64,000 nt of DNA from the NCBI GenBank assembly GCA_963674735.2, contig CAXXQS010000002.1, positions 1,792,001 to 1,856,000 on the forward strand, in the 5' to 3' direction. Under the pieces are notes generated by a model. That model made no database searches. It was not told the origin of the DNA and was given only the letters and a program-made list of their open reading frames with translations. Shown piece by piece: positions 37,442 to 46,039 of this stretch (its first letter is position 1; the number at the start of each line of letters is the position of its first letter). The position numbers and the translations under genes are program-made. Source of the DNA: Myxococcota bacterium. GTDB lineage: Bacteria; Myxococcota_A; SURF-8.

Positions 37442-38845
37442 TCAGACCGTTTGGCTATAGCGCCGTTGTGCGAGGTCGCGCTCCAGGTAGCGGTCGAAAA
37501 CCATGCAGATATTCCGAATGAACGCGCGTCCCAGCGGCGAGACCGTCAGCCGCCGATCCCGGATCTCCAACAGGCCGTCGTCCACGAAAGGGGTCAGGCG
37601 CTGAAGCTCGTCGGCGAACACCGCCTGTGGATCGAGGGCCCAGCGTTGCCCGAAGGCGGCCAGATCCAGGGTGAAGTTGCAGAACAGGTCGATGATGAGC
37701 GCGCGCCGCATGGCGTCGTCGTCGCTGAGCAGAAACCCGCGCTCCAGGGGCCGTTGCCCGTTTTTCAGGGATTCGGCATAGGCGTCGAAATTTTTTTCGT
37801 TCTGAGCGTAGCTGCGCGCCACCGACGAGATGGCCGAGACGCCGAAGCCTACCAGGTCGAGCCCGCGCCGGGTGGTGTAGCCCATGAAGTTGCGATGCAG
37901 CGTGCCGTCGAGCAGGGCTTTCGTCATTTCGTCCTCGGGACGCGCGAAGTGATCCATGCCCACGGGGACGTAACCGGCCTCGGTGAAGGCGTCGTAGGCT
38001 TCGCCGAACAGGGCCAGCTTTTGTTCGGGCCCGGGCAGGTCGGGGCGCTCCAGGATCTTCTGATGCCCTTTCATCCAGGGAACATGGGCGTAGCTGTAGA
38101 GCGCGATGCGCGAGGGAGCGATGGCGATGCAGCGGGCGGCGGTGTCGCGCATACTTTCGGGCGACTGGCCCGGCAGGCCGTAGATGAGGTCGAAGTTGAT
38201 GGCGTCGTGTCCGGCCGCTCGCAGGCGCTCGACCAGGTCGAGGGTCTGGGCGTGGCTCTGGCGACGATGCACGATTTCCAGCACCCGTTCGTTGAAATCC
38301 TGCACGCCCATGGAAAAGCGGTTGAAGCCGTGGGCCACCAGGACGTCCACGTGTTCGGGGACGACCGTGCGCGGGTCGATTTCGATAGCCAGTTCCGCCG
38401 TCGGGCTCGGGCGGTAGAGGGCGAAGAGCCGCGTCAACAGGCGGTCGAGGCGCTCGGGGCTGAGGAACGTCGGTGTGCCGCCGCCCATGGAGAGCTGCTC
38501 CAGCGGGCGGGCGGGATCGATCAGCCCGGCGGTAATGTCGAACTCGCGCGCCAGGTCGTCCAGGTAGGCGTCGGCGGCTTCGGGTTTGGAGGCGATGTGC
38601 GTGAAACAACCGCAGAAAAAACAGCGTTCGCGGCAGAACGGAATATGCAGGTAGACGCTGATCGGCTCGCCGTCGGTGTTCCCGGCTTTCCAGCGCGCCT
38701 CCAACTCGGCGCGATCCACCTCGGGGGTGAAATGCGGCGCGGTGGGGTAGCTGGTGTAGCGCGGACCGGCGGTGGCGTAGCGGGCGGCCAGCTCGGGCGG
38801 CACGCGGGCCGGATTGGGCGGAACGGGGAAGGGGCTGTGCGACAT
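37442..38845 (-). CDS. hemN: Oxygen-independent coproporphyrinogen III oxidase
   Basis: GPRYTSYPTA, HIPFCRERCFFCGC, GGGTP, GMDHFA, HRNFMGY. Confidence 0.95.
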   Translation of the reverse strand: MSHSPFPVPPNPARVPPELAARYATAGPRYTSYPTAPHFTPEVDRAELEARWKAGNTDGEPISVYLHIPFCRERCFFCGCFTHIASKPEAADAYLDDLAREFDITAGLIDPARPLEQLSMGGGTPTFLSPERLDRLLTRLFALYRPSPTAELAIEIDPRTVVPEHVDVLVAHGFNRFSMGVQDFNERVLEIVHRRQSHAQTLDLVERLRAAGHDAINFDLIYGLPGQSPESMRDTAARCIAIAPSRIALYSYAHVPWMKGHQKILERPDLPGPEQKLALFGEAYDAFTEAGYVPVGMDHFARPEDEMTKALLDGTLHRNFMGYTTRRGLDLVGFGVSAISSVARSYAQNEKNFDAYAESLKNGQRPLERGFLLSDDDAMRRALIIDLFCNFTLDLAAFGQRWALDPQAVFADELQRLTPFVDDGLLEIRDRRLTVSPLGRAFIRNICMVFDRYLERDLAQRRYSQTV

Positions 38846-38846
38846 C

Positions 38847-39878
38847 TCACTCTCCCAAGCGCGTGACTTCGTCCACGAACACGCGCACGCCCTCGATGGG
38901 GGTGTCGGGCAGAACGCCGTGGCCGAGGTTGAAGATATGGCCGCGCCCGCCGCGCATTTCGGCGTGCAGTTCGCGCACGCGCCGCCGGATGTAGGCTTCG
39001 GAGCCGGTCAGTTCCAGCGGATCGAGATTGCCTTGCAGGGGGACGGCGTCGTTCGTGCGTCGTCGCGCATCGGCCAGGCTGACGCGCCAATCCACGCTCA
39101 GGACATCCGCCCCGCTTGTCGTCATGTCTTCCAAAAGGCCGCCCACGCCGTTGACGTAATAGATGACCGGCACGCCGCTGGGTTTGAGGTTTTCGACGAT
39201 GCGCGCCACGGCGGGTAGGGCGAAGCGGCGGAAGTCGGCCGGGGACAACTCGCCTGCCCAGGTGTCGAACAGCTGCAGCGCGTCGGCTCCGTGTTCGATC
39301 TGCATGCGCAGATAGCCTGTGACGGTGTCGACCAGACGATCGAGCAGGCTTTGCAGGAATTCCGGTTCCTGGGCGGCCAGACGTTTGATGCCACGGAAGC
39401 GCTTTTCGCCGCCCCCGCCCTCGACCATATAGGTGGCCAGGGTGTAGGGCGCACCGGCAAAGCCGATGAGCGCCATATCGGGACCGATGCCGTCGCGGAT
39501 GGCGTCGAGCGCCTCACCTACATAGCCCAGTTCCCGTGTAATGTCGGGTTCATGCAGGTGCTGCAGGGCGGCTTGCGAGTCGATCAGTGGCGCAAGCGTG
39601 GGTCCGCCGTCGGGGTAGTCGACGGTGATCCCCATGGCTTCCGGCACCACCAGGATATCGGAAAACAGGATGGCGGCATCGAGCGGGAAGCGGCGCAGCG
39701 GTTGCAGGGCCACTTCGCGCGCCAGCTCCGCCTTGTGGCAGACGTCCAGAAAGGAATGTCGGCTGCGTAACTCCAGGTATTCAGGCAGGTAGCGTCCGGC
39801 CTGGCGCATCACCCATACCGGCGGGCGGTCCACCGCTTCACCTCGGCAGGCGGCGCAAAATCGTTCACGTCGGTTCAT
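38847..39878 (-). CDS. hemE: Uroporphyrinogen decarboxylase
   Basis: WVMRQAGRYLPEY, AAILFSDIL, QLFDTW, QGNLDP, FNLGHG; start ATG 39878. Confidence 0.96.
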   Translation of the reverse strand: MNRRERFCAACRGEAVDRPPVWVMRQAGRYLPEYLELRSRHSFLDVCHKAELAREVALQPLRRFPLDAAILFSDILVVPEAMGITVDYPDGGPTLAPLIDSQAALQHLHEPDITRELGYVGEALDAIRDGIGPDMALIGFAGAPYTLATYMVEGGGGEKRFRGIKRLAAQEPEFLQSLLDRLVDTVTGYLRMQIEHGADALQLFDTWAGELSPADFRRFALPAVARIVENLKPSGVPVIYYVNGVGGLLEDMTTSGADVLSVDWRVSLADARRRTNDAVPLQGNLDPLELTGSEAYIRRRVRELHAEMRGGRGHIFNLGHGVLPDTPIEGVRVFVDEVTRLGE

Positions 39879-39917
39879 GCATACCTTCTCTCTCCCCCAA
39901 GCCTGTCCCAAAACAGG

Positions 39918-39959
39918 ATTATAGCGAAATTCCGCGACGATATGTCACGGTTTTGTCAT
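39918..39959 (-). promoter_or_regulatory. hem operon promoter with an 11-bp-period direct repeat
   Basis: Minus strand ATGACA-N5-GTGACA-N19-TATAAT. Confidence 0.6.
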
Positions 39960-40009
39960 GAACTTGAAATGATGGTTAGTTGGTGAAAATATCCTATTAT
40001 TTCAATGTC

Positions 40010-41203
40010 TTATTCCGTTGTCCCCGTTCCCTCCAAGCCGACTTCCAGGCGCGGTTGCAGCGGATCGTCGGTTTCCAGGATCAAATCTTCGCTGAAATAC
40101 TCGGCGGCGGTGGGGGTGAAACGGACGCTCAGAGCGAGATTTTCCGAGGGCGCGAGGACGACCGGCCAGTTCCAATCCACCAACGAGAAGGGGCCGTCCA
40201 CCGCCACCTCGGCGCTCAAACCGCTGAGGCTGCCACTGCTGGCGATGTTGGTGAAGTTGAGCGATAGATCGCGACTCGTACCCAGTTCCACCTCGCCGAA
40301 ATCGAGGGCGTCGGGATTGACGGAGGCTTGCCCGCCTTCACTGCCGCGTCCGTAGAGCGCGATGGTCCATTGCGGTTGGTCGGGATCGTTGGAGACGAGG
40401 CGTGCCTCGCCGCTGTACAACTCGGCCGCGCCGGGGTTGAAATTGATAATGACGGTGGTGTTTCCGTCCGGCGGAACCTGCGTGGCGGCGAAGGCTTCTT
40501 CCAGGAAGAACGCGTTCGCGGAAAGCGTGATATCCAGGGATTCCAGATCGAGATTGGTGGTGCCGGTATTGCCGATCACGAGTTGGACCTGCCCCGTTTG
40601 TCCCACGCGCACCACCTCGAAATCCAGTTCGTCGGGGGCGTTGAGTTCCGGGCGGCCCAGGTTCGGTTCCTGACACGGCAGGCCGGGGCCGTAGATGCCG
40701 AACGTCGAGATTAAGGTCGTGAGCACGTCGTCGACTTCATTGACCTGCGAATCCAGATAACTCCAGGGAGAGGCGCCGTCGGAGGGGGTCCACGCCTGCA
40801 TGCGGCTTTCGTCGCGCAGTCCGCTGCAGGTCGCTTCCAGATCGTCGGTCAGCAGCACCAGCGCCGCATCCATGGAATAGGGCAGGCGCAGTTCGGCGGG
40901 CTTGGCCAGGGTGGTTCCGGCGGGCAGCAGTTCGATGAAAAACGCGGCAGGCAGAACGGTTTCGTATTGCGTCCCACTGGGTCCGTCCACGGTGGCGATG
41001 CGGATGGTCAGTTCGGTCGCCAGCGCACCGGCGGGAATGGACAGGCTTTCGCCGTTGGGGCCGTCCACCACGCCTCCGGCCGGTCCGATAAGACCGGCAG
41101 GCGTTTCGTCGTCGCCATCCGACCCGCAGCCGAACAGCGTGATTCCCATCACGAACAACAGGGCCATTAACCGGTAACGGCTTGCCAGGTTCGATCGTTT
41201 CAT
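40010..41203 (-). CDS. Lipoprotein with ZU5-like and two Ig-like (ASPM-SPD-2-Hydin type) domains
   Basis: Lipobox LFGC; IGPAGG..LSIPAGAL; two repeats of PD.LDF..V..G..N..F.P..NDP. Confidence 0.75.
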   Translation of the reverse strand: MKRSNLASRYRLMALLFVMGITLFGCGSDGDDETPAGLIGPAGGVVDGPNGESLSIPAGALATELTIRIATVDGPSGTQYETVLPAAFFIELLPAGTTLAKPAELRLPYSMDAALVLLTDDLEATCSGLRDESRMQAWTPSDGASPWSYLDSQVNEVDDVLTTLISTFGIYGPGLPCQEPNLGRPELNAPDELDFEVVRVGQTGQVQLVIGNTGTTNLDLESLDITLSANAFFLEEAFAATQVPPDGNTTVIINFNPGAAELYSGEARLVSNDPDQPQWTIALYGRGSEGGQASVNPDALDFGEVELGTSRDLSLNFTNIASSGSLSGLSAEVAVDGPFSLVDWNWPVVLAPSENLALSVRFTPTAAEYFSEDLILETDDPLQPRLEVGLEGTGTTE

Positions 41204-41239
41204 CGTGCACCTCGTCGGGCGGTCGAATCCGCCGGTTGG

Positions 41240-43372
41240 TTATAGATCCCGGTAACAGGTGGTCCGGTTGCGGCCGTTGCGTTTGGACTGATACAGGGCC
41301 ACATCGGATTTTTCCAGTAAATCTTCTTTCTTGCGCGTGTCGTCGGGGAAGACGGCCAAACCGGCGGAGGCGGTGATCTGGAATCGCCCCGATTCGGTTT
41401 CGAAGGCCAGTTCGCCGATCTGATCGCGCAGTTCCTCGGCCTTTCCGAAGGCCTGCTCGGCATCCGCGCCATCGAGCACCACCACGAATTCCTCCCCGCC
41501 CACGCGTGCCACCAGATCGATCTTGCGCATGGATTCACGCAGCACGCGCGATACGTCGCGTAGTACGATGTCGCCCACCGGGTGGCCGTAGGTGTCGTTG
41601 ACGCGCTTGAAGTGGTCGATATCCATCATGACGATGGCCAGCTTCTGTTCGTGGCGCTCCGCGCGCGACAGGATTTCGTCGATGCGCTCCTCGAAGTAGC
41701 GTTTGTTGTAAAGCTTGGTCAGGCCGTCGGTGGTGGCCATCTGTTCGAGCTGCTCCACCATGGTGGAGTTTTCCAGGCTGACGGCGATCTGGTTGGCGAT
41801 GATGCCGAAGATGTGCTGCAACTCTTCGGTGAAGAACTCGGGCTGTGAACTGACCATCACGAACGCGCCGGAGGTCTGGGCCATGACGTTGAGCGGCACC
41901 ACCAGAAGCGAGCGGACGTCGTTGAGACGCTCGTCCGGGGTAAAGATGGTGGGGCGTCGCGGCAGGTTGTCGAAACTCTGGTACACCAGCATCTGGTTGC
42001 GCCGCACCACCCAGTCCACCAGATTTTTTTCGCCCTCGAACACGGCGCTCAGCAGCCCGGCATTTTCGGGCCAGCAGGAGGCGATTTCGTATTCGTGCGG
42101 TTGGTCGCGCTTCATCACGATGGCCCCGAAATCGAAAGGCGCGATACGTTGCGTGGTGTCGAGCGCGGTCCGCAGCACGTCTTTGGTGCCCAGGGTTTTC
42201 GACAGCGCCTTGGAGGCCTCGGCCAGATGGTAATAGGCGTTCTGGTTTTTATCGAGGTTGCGCAGCAGGTCTTCGTTGACCATGGCGCGATGCACCTGTT
42301 TGGCGGCGATGGCCAGCACGTCCAGCTCCGCGTCGTCGAAGGGCCGTTCGTCGAGGCGGTCGACGACCAGCAGTCCCAGCACGTGTTCGTCGTTGAGGAT
42401 CGGCATGGCGCACACGGCCCGTACCTGTTCGTCCTGGCGGTAATAACCCAGTTGCCGTGCCGCCCAGGGGCCTCCGGCCAGACGCACCGGCTGACGCGAA
42501 CGCAAGGCCCCGTGCAGAATACCCAGGTCGGCCGAAAATTCGCCGTGCACCAGCAGGCGCGAGTCGGTGCAGGCTTCCACGTTCTTGAGAATGCGGCGTT
42601 CTTCGTCGTACCACATGACGGCGCAAGTGTAGGCTCTCAAGGCCAGGTATTGCTGGTTGAGGATGTCCTGGAGGACGTCGTGGATTTCGAAGTAAGCCGC
42701 CAGATCGTGCTTGCTGTCGTGGTTGAGTTCGGTCTGATCGGGTCGCGAAGTGTCGAGCAGGCGAAAACGGCGGGCTTCCTGCTTGATGTCGCCCATGATG
42801 CGCGCCAACTGGGTTTCGGCGCGTTGACCCTGCACGCCTTTGTCCAGGCGGCGCATCAGGGCGTTGAGCGAGCCGAACAACAGCAGAAACAGAATCTGGG
42901 CCGCCACTGCTCCGGGGCGTTCCATCAGCAACCCCTGCGCCAGCGGGACCAGAAGCGCCAATCCGCAGGCCAGCGCCAAAGCCACGGCCCCCGCCAGCGG
43001 TTGCAGAAAGACGGTCAGCACCGCTACCGCCAGATATAAAAGGGGCGTCATGGGCGAATCGAGGCCGCCGGTGATGGCGATCAGGACGAAAAAGAAAATC
43101 ACGACCAGGATGGCGGATTCCACCGAGCGGCGGCGTCCCAAACTCTCGCCGTTGGTGTGCACGTAGGCGTAGCCGAGATAAGCCAGCCGTCCCATCGGAT
43201 ACAGCAAAAAGACGGCGGCCGCCGCGAGCGCCAGCGGACCTTCCGGGCGGCCCGAAATCACGCCGCCGATCAACAGAATCGCCGCGACGAGCGCCAGCCC
43301 GAACGACAGGCCACGCTCCAGCCACACTCGGAGGGGAGGGGTTGTTTTTCCCGGATTCCGCTTTGCGTCCAT
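41240..43372 (-). CDS. Membrane diguanylate cyclase (TM-GAF-GAF-GGDEF)
   Basis: ~6 TM helices, two GAF-like segments, TDGLT, DIDHFK..NDTYGH..GD, RKID I-site, GGEEF. Confidence 0.92.
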   Translation of the reverse strand: MDAKRNPGKTTPPLRVWLERGLSFGLALVAAILLIGGVISGRPEGPLALAAAAVFLLYPMGRLAYLGYAYVHTNGESLGRRRSVESAILVVIFFFVLIAITGGLDSPMTPLLYLAVAVLTVFLQPLAGAVALALACGLALLVPLAQGLLMERPGAVAAQILFLLLFGSLNALMRRLDKGVQGQRAETQLARIMGDIKQEARRFRLLDTSRPDQTELNHDSKHDLAAYFEIHDVLQDILNQQYLALRAYTCAVMWYDEERRILKNVEACTDSRLLVHGEFSADLGILHGALRSRQPVRLAGGPWAARQLGYYRQDEQVRAVCAMPILNDEHVLGLLVVDRLDERPFDDAELDVLAIAAKQVHRAMVNEDLLRNLDKNQNAYYHLAEASKALSKTLGTKDVLRTALDTTQRIAPFDFGAIVMKRDQPHEYEIASCWPENAGLLSAVFEGEKNLVDWVVRRNQMLVYQSFDNLPRRPTIFTPDERLNDVRSLLVVPLNVMAQTSGAFVMVSSQPEFFTEELQHIFGIIANQIAVSLENSTMVEQLEQMATTDGLTKLYNKRYFEERIDEILSRAERHEQKLAIVMMDIDHFKRVNDTYGHPVGDIVLRDVSRVLRESMRKIDLVARVGGEEFVVVLDGADAEQAFGKAEELRDQIGELAFETESGRFQITASAGLAVFPDDTRKKEDLLEKSDVALYQSKRNGRNRTTCYRDL

Positions 43373-43379
43373 CAAGTTC

Positions 43380-44222
43380 TCACTTCTCTTTCATCATCGG
43401 GTTGTGTGACGGGTCGCGATCCCAGCGCATTGCCGCATAGCCCACCACGTAATCGCGACGGCCCGAAACGTCGGCGCTGGTGGTGTAGGCCACCTCCGTT
43501 GCGTGAACGGCTCCCAGCGCGCGGGCGGCGACCATCGCCGCGGTGGCGGGCAGCACGCCGCACATGGTGATGTCGTGACGCGTCACCGTATCATAAAGCC
43601 CTTCCGGGTCCAAGGCCTGCAGCTTTTCGCGGGCCTGTTCGTCGTGGCGCAGTACGCGGTTGTAATCCGATTCGTGGCTCATGTCACTCGACGCCACGAT
43701 CAGGGTTTCGTCGGATTGGCGGCGGATGACCTCGGTCAGCGCCAGCGCCAGATCGCGTGTTTCCTCGAAAGCGAGACGCCCCAGCCGAAGCGGCACGATG
43801 CGGACGGCCGGATTGCGTGCTTTGAGAAACGGCAGCTGAATTTCGATGCTGTGTTCGTCCATATGGGCGGCGGGGTCCGCCTCGATCAGAGGCGATTCGT
43901 CAAGCAGCGCGGCGGCGAAAGCGGCGTCCACCGGCAGCGCGCCCAGGGGAGTCCGCCAATGTCCGTCCGGCCACAAGGCCGCCCGCGCGCCCCCGGCCCG
44001 GTGTTGCGGACACAAAAGCACCACGCGCTCGGGGATCACCACCTGGGCGTAGAGCGCACCGGCGGTGGGCCCGGAAAAGCTCCAGCCCGCGTGGGGGACC
44101 ATCACCGCGGTGGCCGGGGTCGGTGCGGCACGGCCGGTCAGATAGCGGTCGAGTTCGCGGCGCGCGGCCGTTTCTTCGATCGGGTACCATCCCTGCTGGG
44201 CGAAAATGGGATCGCGTTGCAT
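43380..44222 (-). CDS. MEMO1-family protein (AmmeMemoRadiSam protein B)
   Basis: PHAGWSFSG, EHSIEIQLPFL, ASSDMSH, ITMCG, VVGYA; start ATG 44222. Confidence 0.9.
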   Translation of the reverse strand: MQRDPIFAQQGWYPIEETAARRELDRYLTGRAAPTPATAVMVPHAGWSFSGPTAGALYAQVVIPERVVLLCPQHRAGGARAALWPDGHWRTPLGALPVDAAFAAALLDESPLIEADPAAHMDEHSIEIQLPFLKARNPAVRIVPLRLGRLAFEETRDLALALTEVIRRQSDETLIVASSDMSHESDYNRVLRHDEQAREKLQALDPEGLYDTVTRHDITMCGVLPATAAMVAARALGAVHATEVAYTTSADVSGRRDYVVGYAAMRWDRDPSHNPMMKEK

Positions 44223-44244
44223 GGCGGTTCCTTTTTCGTTGTGT

Positions 44245-44655
44245 TTATTGCTCCTGAGTCGCGATGGCCAGACGGGCGAAGCCGGCCGCCTTGGCGGCAT
44301 CCATCACCTTGACCACCAGTCCGTGAAACACCTCTTCATCGGCCTGCACGATCACCGTTGCATTCGGCGAATCGGCGACTTTCGATTCCAGAATCGCCGC
44401 CAGTTCTTCGAGCGTTACCGGCTTGTGTTCGAAAACGATACTCCCCATGTCATCCACCGCTACCACAATATCGCTGGGTTGGATCATCGTGTCGGAGGCC
44501 GAAGCCTTGGGCAGATTGACATCCAGACCCGGACTGTTGACGAAGGTGGTGGTGATCATGAAAAAGATCAGCAGCAAAAACACCACGTCGATCAGCGGGG
44601 TGACATCCACCAGGATGTCGATGCGGCGGCGGTTTCGTTCGCTCTTGAAATCCAT
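44245..44655 (-). CDS. exbD: ExbD/TolR-family protein
   Basis: TPLIDVVFLLLIFFM, VNLP, IVQAD, VVKVMD; start ATG 44655. Confidence 0.88.
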   Translation of the reverse strand: MDFKSERNRRRIDILVDVTPLIDVVFLLLIFFMITTTFVNSPGLDVNLPKASASDTMIQPSDIVVAVDDMGSIVFEHKPVTLEELAAILESKVADSPNATVIVQADEEVFHGLVVKVMDAAKAAGFARLAIATQEQ

Positions 44656-44656
44656 G

Positions 44657-45262
44657 TTACGGTCGCTCCGACAGCCGGTCGGCCAGGTCCAACGACACTT
44701 CTTCCATTTCCAGAACCAGTTGATCCACCCGGCCCAGCAGGTAGCGATAGGCCATGTAGGCGGGGATGGCCACCACCAGTCCGGCGGCGGTGGTGATGAG
44801 CGCCTCCCAGATGCCCGAGGCCAATACACGCGGATCGCCGACGCCTTCGGTGGTGACTTTCTGGAAGACCTCGATCATGCCGGTGACGGTGCCCAGAAGC
44901 CCCATCAGCGGACTCACCGAGGCGATGGTGCCCAGCGCGTTGACGTAGCGTTCCAGGTCGGCCGCCACGGATTTTCCGGCTTCCTCCATCAGTTCCTTGA
45001 GACGGTCGCGCGATTTATTGGCATGCTTGAGTCCGGCGATCAAAATTACCGAGACGGCGCTGGGGTTTTCTTCGCACAGGACTTCCGCTTCGCTGACCTT
45101 GTTTTCCGTGGCCAGATCGCGCACGCGCTCCACCAGCCGCATGGGAACGATGCGGTCGTGCCGGAGCGACCACAGCCGCTCGAACAGAATCGCCAGGGCG
45201 AAAACGCCTCCGGCGGCGATGAAGTACATCAGCGGCCCACCCTTGACCATGACATCCAGCAT
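44657..45262 (-). CDS. exbB: MotA/TolQ/ExbB proton channel protein
   Basis: GG..M, LGTIASVSPLMGLLGTVTGMI, GIWEALITTAAGL. Confidence 0.88.
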   Translation of the reverse strand: MLDVMVKGGPLMYFIAAGGVFALAILFERLWSLRHDRIVPMRLVERVRDLATENKVSEAEVLCEENPSAVSVILIAGLKHANKSRDRLKELMEEAGKSVAADLERYVNALGTIASVSPLMGLLGTVTGMIEVFQKVTTEGVGDPRVLASGIWEALITTAAGLVVAIPAYMAYRYLLGRVDQLVLEMEEVSLDLADRLSERP

Positions 45263-45282
45263 TCCGACTCCTTACATGCGGA

Positions 45283-45894
45283 TCAACGCAGCCGTCGATC
45301 CACGTCCGCTTCGAGATCCTTGAGTTTGATTGCGCCCAGATAGCCTTTTTCGAGCCGTCCCTGCGGATCGATCAGCAGGGTGACGGGAAATTCCTTGATA
45401 AAGCCATACGGGGTTTCACCCGTGGCGGTTTTTCCGGCCGCGAGATAGACCGGGTAATGGATGCCCAATTGTTCGACGAAGGCTTCCACCAGAACGGCGC
45501 CGTTTTTGTCGAGCGAGACCCCCACCACTTCCAGGCCTTGTGCGTGATAGCGTTGGTACAGTTTTTCGATACGCGGCATCAAAAACTGACTGGGGGTGGC
45601 CCAGGTGGCGAAAAAGTCGATCAACAGCCACCTTCCGGCATAGTTTTTCAGGTTTACCGAATAGCCCTGTAGATCGACCAACATCAGTTGCCCCGGTAAA
45701 TATTCCCCCGAAATCGATCCGGCCCGACGTCCCGGTACGCGGTCGGGTTCGTCGGTGAGCCCCAGCCGCTGGGCCAGTTCCTCGGAACTCGGACCCGGTC
45801 GGCGCAGGCCGCGCCGAGGCTCGGTAGAGCGGCAGGCCGTGGTCAACAGCAACACCGCCAGTACACCGATCATGATAAGACCCGATATCCGCAT
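45283..45894 (-). CDS. TlpA-like thioredoxin-fold lipoprotein without CxxC
   Basis: Lipobox-like TTAC; LIDFFATWATPS, VVGVSLD, FPVTLLIDPQG. Confidence 0.8.
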   Translation of the reverse strand: MRISGLIMIGVLAVLLLTTACRSTEPRRGLRRPGPSSEELAQRLGLTDEPDRVPGRRAGSISGEYLPGQLMLVDLQGYSVNLKNYAGRWLLIDFFATWATPSQFLMPRIEKLYQRYHAQGLEVVGVSLDKNGAVLVEAFVEQLGIHYPVYLAAGKTATGETPYGFIKEFPVTLLIDPQGRLEKGYLGAIKLKDLEADVDRRLR

Positions 45895-46039
45895 GCCCTC
45901 TCTCCGTACCCATGAAGGACGAATATCATAGCATATCGTAACAGAGCCTGCCGCTTTTTTGCCGCTTTCCGGGCCGGGGGGTGGACGCAGCGCTTATCGC
46001 TTTGTTTTCACACGGGTTTGAACGGTTTCGGGCCTGCGC

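Noticed and set aside
45589-45603. Selenocysteine at the TlpA active site
   Set aside because: Codons are GCC and AGT; no in-frame TGA.
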